Positions 37,400 through 49,500 of a stretch of DNA of 64,000 nucleotides are shown here, one piece after another (position 1 is the first letter of the stretch; every line of letters starts with the position of its first letter). Source of the DNA: Sphyrna mokarran. Its lineage: Eukaryota. Both the position numbers and the translations under genes were made by a program. The notes under the pieces are model-generated. The model was not told where the DNA came from, did not search any database, and worked only from the letters and a program-made list of their open reading frames with translations. The DNA is taken from NCBI GenBank assembly GCA_024679065.1, contig JAGIQG010000011.1, forward strand, positions 48,298,001 to 48,362,000, read 5' to 3'.

Positions 37400-38930
37400 C
37401 TTGTAGGGGCAAGTGCTGTAGTGCTATTGTCAATGGACCAGTAATCCGGTGACCCAGGAAATCTGCTCTTGCAGTTTGGATTTGAATCCAGCCCGACAGA
37501 TGATGAAATTTGAATTCAATAAAAAAACCTGGAACTGAAAGTCGAACAATGACCATGAAACCACTGTGGATTGGTATTTCAAAAAAATCTGGTTCAGTAA
37601 TGTCTTTTAAGAAAGGAAATCTACTGCCCTTACCTGGTCTGGCCACTCCATACTCAGAGCAATGTGGCTGACTTTTAAATGCCCTCTTAGATGGCCATGC
37701 AAACAACTCAGCTGCATCAATCTGCTACAAAGTCATTGTAAAAGGTATTAAAACCAGACGGATGATACCACATCACCTAGGCACTGGAAATGACAAGATC
37801 CAGTCCTGTCGACTCTGCAAAGTTCTCCTTTCTAACATCTGGGAGTCTGTGCTAAAATTGGGAGAGCTTTCTTACAGACCAGTCAAGATGTGATCATACT
37901 CACGGAATTATATCTCACAAATAAATCTCCCAGACATTACTACCATCCCTAAGCCACTGGTAGGACAGACTCAGAAGAGGACGGCAGCAGCATGCTGTAT
38001 ACAGTCGGGACCAATTTGCCCCAGTAATTCTCAATATCGACTGGTCTCATGGTCTTAGATCAAACATTGGCAAGAAAACCTCCTGCTGGTTACCATGTAC
38101 CATCCCCTTTCAGCAGATGAATTGGCATTCCACTATGTTGAACACTATTTTCAAGGAATCACTGAGACTGATGCAGAATATACTCTTGAGTGGGGGCTTC
38201 AATATCCATCACCAAGAGTGGAATGGTCATACCACCACAGACTGAGCTGGCTGAGTTTTGAAGGACACAGCTGCTAGACTGGATCTGTGGCAGGTGGTGA
38301 GATAACCAACAAAAGGACAAAACATTTTTGATCTCATGTTCACTAATCTGCCTATTGTAGATACACCTGTCCACGACAGTATCTGTAGGAGTGACCACAC
38401 CACAATCCCTCTGGAGTTTAATTTCAGTTTTTACATTGAGGAAATCCTTTATTGTGCTATGCGCCACTACCTCCATGCTAACTGGGGTAGACTTTGAACT
38501 GATCTAATAACTCATGACTGCGAATCCATAAAGCACTATGGGCCATCAGCAGCAGCAGAATTGTACTCATCCACAATCTATTATCTTGTGGCTCAGCATA
38601 TCCCCCACTCTACCATCACTACCAAATCAGAAATCAACCCTGGTTCAATGAAGAGTGTAAGAGGGCATGCCAGGAGCAGCACCAGGCATATCTAGAAATG
38701 AAGTGTCAACCTGATGAATAGAAGCAAATCCACAACCAATAGATGAGATCTAAGTTCTGTGGTTCTGGCACATCAAGTTCTGAATGGTGCTGGACAGTTA
38801 AATAATTCATCAGAGGAGAAAGAGGCGCCACAAACATTCCTATCCTCAATGATGGAGGAGACCAGCACATGTGTGCAAAAGACAAGGCTTCACACCAATG
38901 TTCAGCAGAATTGACAAGGTCCATCCACAA
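37400..38930 (+). mobile_element. Decayed CR1/L2-group LINE 5' part (endonuclease region)
   Basis: SNIWESVLKLGEL, ILTELYL, TMYHP, GRSDH, NQPWFNEEC motifs with stops. Confidence 0.6.
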
Positions 38931-39356
38931 AGCAAAGTAAGTCTAATCACTGGCACCTTGCACCATAAAGAAGCCAAAAACCCTTGCAAAGAATACTTGC
39001 ACTGTCTGCAGCTCTCTGGCAACAGAAAATGTATTCCACTCTCTTAGAATACAGAGCTTCACCTCAGTGATCTTCCTAGTAGATGTTGGAAATATTATTG
39101 GCTCCAAACTGAAGTCATATCACTGTTACATACTAATTAACATCACCTCTGCCTGCTTTACATACTTGTGGTGGACCTTCTTCCATGCCAGTAGTGTCTT
39201 TACCAAAACAGCATTTGAGACAGTTGGGGTCAAAAATACATGCATGCCATCAATATCATTTTGGAGATAAAATGTACTTATACAGCTGAAATATCATGCA
39301 CCAGGAAGACAAATTTCATGTCAACTGCCTCGGGATGAAGCCATTTTGAATTGATA

Positions 39357-39565
39357 TGAAGAGAAATGTCTTCACTTAGAGAATCTTTAGATTCTCTATC
39401 CCAGAGGGGAGTGGGTGCACAGTTATGGGTATATTCAGAGATTGATCGATTTTGAACATTAAGGAAATGAAGGGATATGGAAATAGGGTAGAACCAAAAT
39501 AGAAGATCTGCCATGATCCTACTGAATTGCAGAGCAGTCTAAAGGGCCATAAAAGTTTCTTATAT
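39357..39565 (+). mobile_element. Old CR1 3' end
   Basis: MRRNVFT..; IFRDXIDRF; tail gccatgatcctactgaattgcagagcagtctaaagggcc. Confidence 0.65.
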
Positions 39566-39714
39566 TTTAACTAAAGAAATGAATTAAATTAACTTTAGTT
39601 TGAATAAAAATTATCTTCAATTTTCTTTACAACCAAATAAAAAAAGCATACATCATAAAGTATTTTGATTGATTATGTGCAGGGCAGCATTCTATATTTA
39701 TGTTATTTCTGCAG

Positions 39715-39838
39715 TTACTTTCAAAATCTGTCAAATGGAGGATACCGTCCGGGCAGATCAAGAGAAGAGAGATCGTCATCCCTGCCCCCCTGCAAACCAA
39801 CACTTACACCTGGTTTATTACGGGCCTTACATGCACAA
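39715..39838 (+). CDS. ROPN1: Ropporin-1 coding exon 2, YFQNLSNGGYRPGRSREERSSSLPPCKPTLTPGLLRALHAQ
   Basis: ttatttctgcag| acceptor, CAA|gtaagt donor, phase compatible (2 to 0). YF..LS.G...LTP.LL..LH.Q motif. Confidence 0.93.
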
Positions 39839-41720
39839 GTAAGTATTATGTATGTACATATCAAACTATGGTACAAAAAAAACTATAAAGTAGGCCTTAT
39901 AACATAAACACTGGGGTGTGCACTGTCCCACAGTCAGGTCCTAGATTGTTTAACCAGGTTCCACCCAGGACGAGCTATGTGCACCCATCCCTCTTTAATC
40001 TAAAACTCCTACAACTAAATCATATGTACATACCATGGAGAAACATAAATACACATAATGACGAACACACTACCACAGCATTAGAAACTACTATAGTCTC
40101 CAATATAAAGCCCATTCAGACAGTTCACATAGACATGAGTGGTAGGACCTTACAGCCTCGCTCATCCTGAAAGCGTAAAATTCCGCCCAAAGTCAACGGA
40201 CCTTCCCATTGTCCATCCCTTAACCACTCCAATTCCTGTGGTGAGCAGGGTGATAAAATTCCGGCCAATTAGTTTATCGGGGAAACCGATTTGTATAGGC
40301 TGCTTCCTTGCTTCAGGAACCTTTTCCTGAATAGTCTCCAGGAATTTTGGAAGATCCTGTTGCTCAGCTTGAGCATCCCTTTCAGACAGGTGCAGATGGC
40401 TGGTGCTGCTGATGCTGCTTCCTTCCCTGGGGTAACCTACCCTGACTCTGGAACTCCAGGCTCAGGCCATACCAATAATCATAGATGGTTCTGTCATTTG
40501 TGAGGCTTCCCACCTTTGATGCAATGCTACAACCAACTGGTTGCATGTCTTCTCCAAACCAGCTTATCCCTGGTCTGTACTGTGAGGGACAAGGCAACAA
40601 CTGTAGTCGGTATCCACTTTCCACAGAAGTATAATTTCTGGCCAGAATGAACACCTCTTTCTGCTCTTCTGGCCATCTATTCCCCTTGGTTCTGGTCAAC
40701 CACCTTTCTGATCTCCTTCTGTTTTAGAAGATTGAACATGGAAATCCATCCCTTGCTTGCTCCAGAAACCAAATTCAAAATCAACTGAATCCAATTTATG
40801 GTCTCTATAAAAAGGACAAGATTCAAGATAAGGCATTGCACCCCATTTGGACTTCATCTGATGCTTGATCTTAACTAAAAGGCTTGTAGTGTTAAAAATC
40901 AGGGTGCGACAATAGGTAAGATTTGTATAACTAAAATAAAATCCTGGCTAACTTAGACTCAACTGCTTGGTTTCCACTTAAAGGTCAGTAGTAGTTGATT
41001 TGGACAGGCAAATTGATGCAAAACATCCTCATGGACTTTCAATTGATGGTTGAAGTAAATGGGAAACAGTTGTAAATGTCCAATGATTGCCTCAACACTC
41101 ATTTAATTTCCTGCTCCATAGATAGAAGTCTTCAAAAGATAAGCCAAATTTTGTGTATTTCTTAATTAAGAGTATAGGAATGCAAAAACTCTCTCATTAG
41201 ATGTGATCATGCTTGATATGTCTAATACCTGGACTGAATTTTGGGGGCTCTCTGAAGTCAGAATGGAAGCAAGGGCAGGTAGAGGCAAAAATATCAGCAT
41301 TCGATGACATGACAATTTCCAGGTGCCTATTCCAGTACCAGCAATGATCATCAGTGCAGGGGGACAGAAATTTTGTTCTTCTAATTGAAGCCAATTAAAG
41401 GTATTAATAAACCTACATAGCGCTTGTCGGGGATCAAAATTATAATTTTGAAAGTACTGGACCTTGCTAGTCTGCAAATGTGGCTGACACATTTGTATAC
41501 ATTTCCACCGTAACTGAACTTTAAAAAACTATTTTGTTGGTTGTAAAGTACTTGCCTGGAGCAAATGATAAAGTGCCATATAAATGTATCATATTTTTCT
41601 TTTTCTAAATAGATTAGTGATTTATTCAAACATCATTCAAAAGTTTATTTCAATTAATGACTATGATTATGAGCTTTTTAGCTACAAAATTTAATAACTT
41701 TTCTGATTTTTTTCTACAAG

Positions 41721-41882
41721 GTAAATGGAAGATTAATAGTACAATCAAAAGAAATTGAACAAAAATGGGATGACCTTGGCCTGCCACCAGACATTCTAAG
41801 ACGCATAATGACTGTGGGTGGTTTTGGCATGGAGATTGAATGGATGAAATTTTTTGCATTGTGTTGCAGCATCCTTGATCCT
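41721..41882 (+). CDS. ROPN1: Ropporin-1 coding exon 3, VNGRLIVQSKEIEQKWDDLGLPPDILRRIMTVGGFGMEIEWMKFFALCCSILDP
   Basis: Polypyrimidine tract plus aag| acceptor, CCT|gtaagc donor, 54 codons. Resembles ROPN1 VAGRLII...VGRF.EEIEWLKFLALACS. Confidence 0.93.
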
Positions 41883-42837
41883 GTAAGCATACTTTCAGTA
41901 CTTTACTTTTTATTTATAACTAGTTTCTGCTGCATCATGGGTTATTGGCAACTGTTTGCTATCGTATAAGAGATATTTTCTTTTATACATATAGAATACA
42001 GACCATTTTGGGAATTTGAAAGGAGAATGGAAATTTATCCAAGATGTCAAAAATTAAGATTGCAGAAAACAAGGGATCTAATAGTAAAAAAAAAATTTCA
42101 TTATTAAAATTGGAGATAGAAGAAGTCTTCAAAAGAATAAGTCAGATTCTAAATTTCATATATTTGTTAACTAACGGTATAGGAATGTGGAAACTGGAAA
42201 AAGGTAATTAGTCCCTCAAACCTATTCTGCTATCAATAGGATCATTTCTGATCAGCAAGCTAAATTTTCAGTGATGAAGGCAGGGTTGTCGGAGGTGGCT
42301 GGGGGTGGGAGGGATTGAGCTAAAAATGTCAGTGGCATTATCAATTCCAAAATGACAAATATGTCAGTAGCATATCAAATCCAACAATGATCGTCAATGC
42401 AGGGGGAGGGCAGGACAGGAATCCTGCTCCCCTCCCTATTGATACCAATTGCAGCTGTTAAAAACTTCACAGAGCTTGGCAGGGACTGGAGCTACAATTT
42501 CTAAAGTACCAGAAAACATACCTGTATCTTCAGAAACTGATCAGCTAAAGGCAGGTTGACATGGCTGTTCCAGGGCATCACCTAGCCTCAAGAAGATTTG
42601 TGGGGCAAAGGTATGTTGTAACATGCTGGTAAGGGATAGCAGCATGCTATCACTAGAAGGGAAGTGTGTCATGTGATCAGTTTCACTTTGGCCAGTGAGA
42701 AGAACACCACAGCACATACCGTCCCGCTGCTGATGCCTTAATTTTTCTATCTGTATATGCATTTTATGTGACAAGTATAAACAAATGAACCCACAGCAAG
42801 TTTGCATAATTTCTTATGAATATTGTGCCTACATTTT

Positions 42838-43878
42838 ATGAAAACACAACATGGTGGCAGCAGTGAGATCAATTGATAGGTTTGCATTCTCCTGCTAGTG
42901 TAATGTTGCAGTGCCTTGAAACTATTAATTTTGTCGAAATATTCTGAATGTTTCAATATTAGTTTATGAACTGAGGTGATTGGATTAGTTTCTAAGCTTG
43001 ATCTACCATACAGTTTCTAAGTAATCTCATGAATTATGACTAGTGCATGCTGGTATAACAACCATTATTAAACCTTTAGTCTCCACAATATAGAACATCT
43101 CTGACATTTGGGAGGATTGATTGTACTTGTGCTCCAGAACTATGAAACCAGTACATGGAATGAATGGACCATCATATAATGAAATTTTCACAGTAATAGG
43201 TTTTGTCATGGCCTTTGTATCTATGGACACATGTCTTTCAGAATCCTCATGATATGTTTTGCACTTGGTCGTATCAAACTTCGCTTTTTAATGCTACATG
43301 TTTTGGGCTTGTCTAGCAGATTCTTCTATAATGCTTCCATGGGAATGGATATAATCACCAACTCAAAAATTCTGTTTCTAGTGCAATTTGTTCTTTTTTG
43401 AGTAAGGAGGCTAAAATTGTACACAAAACTCCAGATGTTTGATACGACCAAGTGCAAAACATATCATGAGGATTCTGAAAAACATGTGTCCATAGATACA
43501 AAGGCCATGACAAAACCTATTACTGTGAAAATTTCATTATATGATGGTCCATTCATTCCATGTACTGGTTTCATAGTTCTGGAGCACAAGTATAATCAAT
43601 CCTCCCAAATGTCAGAGATGTTCTATATTGTGGAGACTAAAGGATTAATAATGGTTGTTATACCAGCATGCACTAGTCATAATTCATGAGATTACTTAGA
43701 AACTGTATGGTAGATCAAGCTTAGAAACTAATCCAATCACCTCAGTTCATAAACTAATATTGAAACATTCAGAATATTTCGACAAAATTAATAGTTTCAA
43801 GGCACTGCAACATTACACTAGCAGGAGAATGCAAACCTATCAATTGATCTCACTGCTGCCACCATGTTGTGTTTTCAT
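42838..43878. repeat. Near-perfect inverted repeat, 442 bp arms (42838-43279 / 43437-43878), 157 bp spacer; arms are decayed Gypsy protease-RT linker
   Basis: About 3 mismatches; identical ORFs on both strands; SLYDG.FIPCTG..FYIVETKG..PAC and KHSEYFDKINSFKG resemble Gypsy pol. Confidence 0.96.
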
Positions 43879-43889
43879 TCTGTACAACA

Positions 43890-45110
43890 GTAGGATAACT
43901 TCCTTTTATACTTGATTCCAATTGCAATAACACCAACTTTCCATTGCCTTCCTAATAACTTGCTGCACCTACATTCCATTCCAACTTTTCATGTACCAGG
44001 ACATTCAAATCCCTTTATATCATAGAGTTCTACTGTGTCTCTCCAATCACATAATATAGCATTTTTCCATTCTTGCTGCTTAAGTGGGCAAGTTCATATT
44101 TTCTGGCCATTAACTTAACCAATCTAAAATTCTTCTGTAGATTCTTTATGTCCTTTTGACAACTTACTTTCCCACCTATTTTTGTATTGTCAGCAAATTT
44201 AGCTGCTATATCTACAGTCCCTTCATCCAGCTAATTGATACAAATTATAAATTGTTAAGACCCCAGCACTGATCCCAGTGGCACTCCACCAGTAACAGCT
44301 TGCCAACCTGAAAGTGAACCATTTATCCCTACTTTCTGCTTCCTGTTAGCTGACTAATCCTCTGTTCATGCTAATATGTTATTGCTTAACCATGAGCTCT
44401 TATTTTGTGAAATAACCTTTGACGTACATCTTGTCACTTGTCAAATAATACAAAAATAGGTGAAATAGTAAGTTGTAAAATGAATAAGAACTGTAAATGG
44501 ACCAAAATTTGGCAGATGGAGTTTAACTTGAATAGTGTGAGGTTATCCACTTTGATCACAAAAAAATTAGAAAGGCAATTTATTATTGAAATGGACAGAA
44601 ACTTTGGAGTGCTTTGGTGCAGAATGATCAAGGTGAGCAAATTGCAGAAAACTAGTGTGCAAATACAGCAGGTAATAAGGAAGGCGAAAAAAATGGCATT
44701 TATTACTAAAGAAATAAAGTACAAAAGCAAGGAAGTATTGCTACAACTGTACAAGATCACACCTGGAGTATCATGTACAATTTTGGTCCTCTTACTTGAG
44801 GAGGTATGTAGTTTCATTGGAGGCAGTTCATAGGAGGTTCAAAAGATTTATTCTAGAGATAAAGGGTTTGTCTTATGAAGAAAGGTTGAGTAGCTTAGGT
44901 TTATATTCTCTCGAGTTTAAAAGAATGAGAAGAGATCAAAATGAAGTATGTAAGATGATAAAGGAAATTGATAAAGTTAACATAGAGAGAATGTTTCCTC
45001 TTGTGGAGCAATCTAGAACAAGACATGATAAATTTAGGATAAGGAATAGCAGATTTAAGACAGACATGAGGAGAAATTACTTCTCTTAAAGGATTGTGAA
45101 TCAGTGGAAT
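43890..45110. mobile_element. Two old CR1 RT fragments back-to-back (43890-44430 minus; 44440-45110 plus)
   Basis: Minus: SGVPLGSVLG, KFADN. Plus: WQMEFN, KSKEVLLQLYK, GLSYEERL..LGLYSLE. Confidence 0.8.
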
Positions 45111-46533
45111 ACCTGTTTAGTACTTCCACCATTTTCTTTTCCCCATTATAAATTTTCAAGCTTCACCCTGAAGACGAACAGCAATTATTCTTCTACTCTT
45201 TAAAGAATTATCGAAGCTCTTACTATCTGGTTTTATGTCTCTAGCTAGCTTTCTTTCATACTCCAATTTCTCCACTTTTTTTTAGACATTAATTGCTGAT
45301 TTCTAAAATCTATCCAATTTTTTGATTTACATTAATCCTCACACTATTGTACGCTTTTTCTTTTAAACTGATGCTATCTTTAACTTGATGATGTATTCCT
45401 CTTCTAAAGTCTTTCTTTCTCAGTGGAATACAGCAAACAGAGTGTAATTGTCTCTGCTGGGAGTGATCTTGCACAAGACCCTTTACAATGTATAGAATGG
45501 AGAACAAGCTGAACCTCCAAGTTCAGCCATGTCTCAAAGAGTACAACACTAGACACCAATGTGAGCACTCAATAAAAAATGAATGCAAAAACAAATCGTT
45601 TCAAGTATAATAAAGAAATATCCTTAACTCCCCTATAACAATCAATGTATGTCAACAAGAGGCATGCCAATACATTTAGTTCTCTGATTATGTTAGTCTC
45701 AACAAAGGATGATGATACACATTTGAATAAAGTAGAACCAATGTAATGTGAATGACTTACAAAATGAATCTTAAATTTGAGGTCAATAAGTCATATTAAT
45801 TGCATTGCAGTTGGACAGTAAAATTGTGTCTGAGATGAAGAACTTCTCTATTTGTCCAGAAAACTATTTTATAGCATGCCTGTACATGCAGCATTGTCAG
45901 CTAAGTGCAGGTTTCATTTCTGGAAAACATCTTCCAGCATGACTGCACATATCCTTCAGTCGTGCCGCCAACACTTTAATTCGAATTGCCTGGGAATCAG
46001 CAAATGCAAACCAGAAGCGGCACCCCCAACATCTATTTCACCTTAGGAAATGGCATGCTACAGCTAAAATACTGTTCTTGAATTTTATTTGCAGAGAAAT
46101 AAAGTTTGGATTAATTTTTTTAAAGAACTTTTAGGAAATGTGAGAGAAGTAAGCTTGACCATATTTTGCAATTACAGTGACAGACTTACACTAGCAATTT
46201 GTATTATAAATATGAATTTAGAAGTCATAATAGGAAAAAATTGATGCAAAAGTCTTTCAAAAATAATGAGAACGGGATGTAAGATTTTGTCCAAATTATT
46301 TTCAATTATAATAGTCAGATCTTCAATGCTTCAATTAAAAGACAAAATGGTAAACTTGCATTTACACAGTGCCATAGTGTGATATTAGTGTCCCTTTCAG
46401 AAACGTTTTTTTAAACATGATTTTTGCAGCTCACAGTTTCAGTCTTTCTTAACTCACAGCTTTAGTGATGTCATTGATGGCAGGCTGACAATGATGAGTC
46501 CCTTTATTGCTTCTTAAGTGGTAAATGAGGCCA

Positions 46534-49500
46534 TGTTTATTCTGGGATTAGTTTTATGGTCCTATATTGTTAGGAGAGAATGTGTTTTTGGACATTTTGT
46601 TTTCAAAAAGCTTTAATGTTTTAGTTTTGAGGTTGCAGTTTAGTTTTAGCAGGAGCATCAAGCAAGAAAGAAGCTAAAGTCACTCTCTCTCTCTGTCTCC
46701 CTGTTCTATTTTGAAATTTTGCTGGTTATCGCAGGCAATGTTTGCCTTCTGGAAAGAAAGTGCAAGTTTTAAAAAGACTCAATTTCAGTCAAGTGAGATT
46801 TTAGTCAATGCTGTGTTAAGCCTGTGAAAATGGTTTTGTTTATGAAAGATTTTGGTTTTTTGGAACAGCTTTAATATTCAATTAAAGGTTAATAAATTAT
46901 AGAGGTTGTTTTCTTTTTTTGTAATTGATATAAGGTATTGCTATTTTTCTTTCTGTACATGTTAACTATATTCTCAAATAAACTTTGTTTGATAAAAGCT
47001 CTGTAAAGGGTTGTTGAATCATACTTGAAGTGAAACATATTATGCTTATCCTAGCCAAATTCAAGATGCAAAACCTATGGTTTGGATGGTTTCCATAAAG
47101 AACTTTGAAATTTCTAGCCTGAGCCATAACAGTTAGGGGCTTTAGCAAGATTAAAATCTATATTTCTTGCTTGATTTGGGTTATTGAACTCAAAGAGTGT
47201 GTGGTGAGCATATTGGTGTTTTCTTTTCAGGTATTTGTATTCAAGTTTAAATAGGCATTCCCTATTGTGCCTAGTGTAATAATAATTGCTCTTTTAGGAA
47301 TGAAGAAGTTCTTCAGGTAAGGGAAGGCATGCAAGAAACCTTACAAAAGATGACTAAAACAAAGCTTTTGGAATTGACAAAAACATTGCAATTGACATTG
47401 CCTGACAGGGTAAGAAAAAGTGAAATAATTGTGCCAATAGCACAGCATTAGAAATTGCCAGAAGCATAATCAGAATCCTTGGAAATGGCTAGAAGTAAAT
47501 TACGAAAGAAACAGCTTGAACATGAAAAAGAATTAAAGAAGCTTAATTTGAAATGAAGGAAAGAGAGAGGGGGTAGCAAAAGACGATAGCCCTATCAGAA
47601 CAAAGGGTCAAAGAAAGGAATGCAATTGTAGCAGAAAAAGTAAAGGAGGGGAAGACCAATATAGCAAGAAAACCAAAGAAAGGGAGGAACAAAAAAAAGA
47701 CAGCCTGAATTGCAAGCAAGGGAAAGAGAGAGAGAGGGAATTAGAATTTCAGACATGGAAAAGAAAAACTGAACTTGAAATGCTCGAAATGCAAATACAT
47801 AAAATGCAAGGTCAGCAGCAGACATGTTAGGTGATTATGAATTAGTTCCTAAAACAAAGTTTGGTTTCTGACATCAGTTTTAGCCTTTGAAGGATAGAAA
47901 CTGGGGAACAGAAATACTCAGGTGGTGAAAGTAACGGAGATCTTGTAGGAGATAATAAAGATAATGTACCTCAGTTTGAAAAGGAAATACAGGAAAGTGG
48001 AAGAGAAATGAAAAACCTCAGAACTTTTCATTGTAATAAATTAGGCCATGTAAAGTCACAGTGTTCTTGATTTAAGAAAAGGACTGGAATGACTGAAGTG
48101 GTAAAACAGGATAAGCCAGTGGGGACTGTTAAAGTGGTAAAGGAAAGCCCAGCTTGGCCAGGAGTTGATTGACAAAAAAGTGTCAGCTCTCTGGCACTTG
48201 TGTGGATAAAATTTACTCATGAAGTTAAAATTTTAAGAGATAGAGGAGCAAGTCAATCTTTGATGGTAAGCGGTGAGGAATTATGTAGATTGGGAGGAGT
48301 ATTATCAAAAAAGGTGATAATGTGTGGAATTCAGGGAAAGAAGAGTAGTATTCCATTGAGTCCACTGAAGAATGGTGAAGTGGTAGTAGGAGTAACAGAG
48401 AAATTATCATGTGCAAAAATACAGTTTATCTTAGGTAATGATATAGCTGGATCATGTTGAAGGACACATATCCTGGGATTTTTCCTGATTGTGTAGTAAC
48501 AACATCGCAACATCATAGGTTAAAACAAGAGTGAAAATGAGAAAGTTGAAGTTCAATTATCAGAAATGATTTTTGATCAGATGGTTGGGAAAGAACAAGA
48601 ACAGGTGGAGAATGAGGTAATTACTTTAGTTCAGAAAGTTGACAGGGTTATAACAGAAAGATATGGAAATAAAACAGTTGTATCAGGAAGCATACATGGA
48701 AGAAGAACCTGAATGTATACCAGAATGTTATTATCTTAAAAGTGAGTCTTAGTGAGGAAATGGAGACCTTTACTTATTCAGGTGGATGAAAAGTGGGCAG
48801 AAGATCATCAAGTGATATTGCCAATAGGATATAGAAAGGAGATGTTGTGAGCAGCATGAGGTGTACCAATAGGTGGTCATTTGGGAGTAAGGAAAACTCA
48901 AGCTAAAATACAAAAACATTTTTATTGGTCTGGACTGCATAAAAATGTAGTTAAATTTTAGTTAAATTCCCTGTATGTATGTAGGGAAACATACATGTTT
49001 CCCTATGACTTGACATGTGTGAGACTTGACTCTCACACATGTCAAGTCATAGGGAAACGTCAAATAGTGATAGAAACAATAACCTTAATACCCATTCCAG
49101 CATTTGAGAAACATTTTACAAGGGTCTTAATTGATTGCGTAGGACTTCTCCCTGAGACAAAAAGGGGGCATCAATATCTTTTGACTATAATGAATGTGCC
49201 TTATTATGTTTCGAGAGGTCGTTCCATTATTAATATTACAGCTAAAGGAATTGTAGAAGAGTTACTTCAATTTTTTTACTAGATATGGATTATCCACAGA
49301 AATACAATCAGATCAAGAGTCAAATTTTATCTTAAAGTTGTTTACAGAGGTTAAGGATACTTCTAGGAATAAAACAAAGTAAATCAACTGCATACCATCC
49401 AGAATCACAGAAAGCGTTAGAACGGTGGCATCAAACCTTACAAACAATGTTGAGGGCTTATTGTTAAGATTATCCAGAGGATTGGTATAAGGGAATTCCA

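Noticed and set aside
43027-43689. Two identical ORFs on opposite strands as a gene pair
   Set aside because: By-product of the inverted duplication of decayed Gypsy pol.
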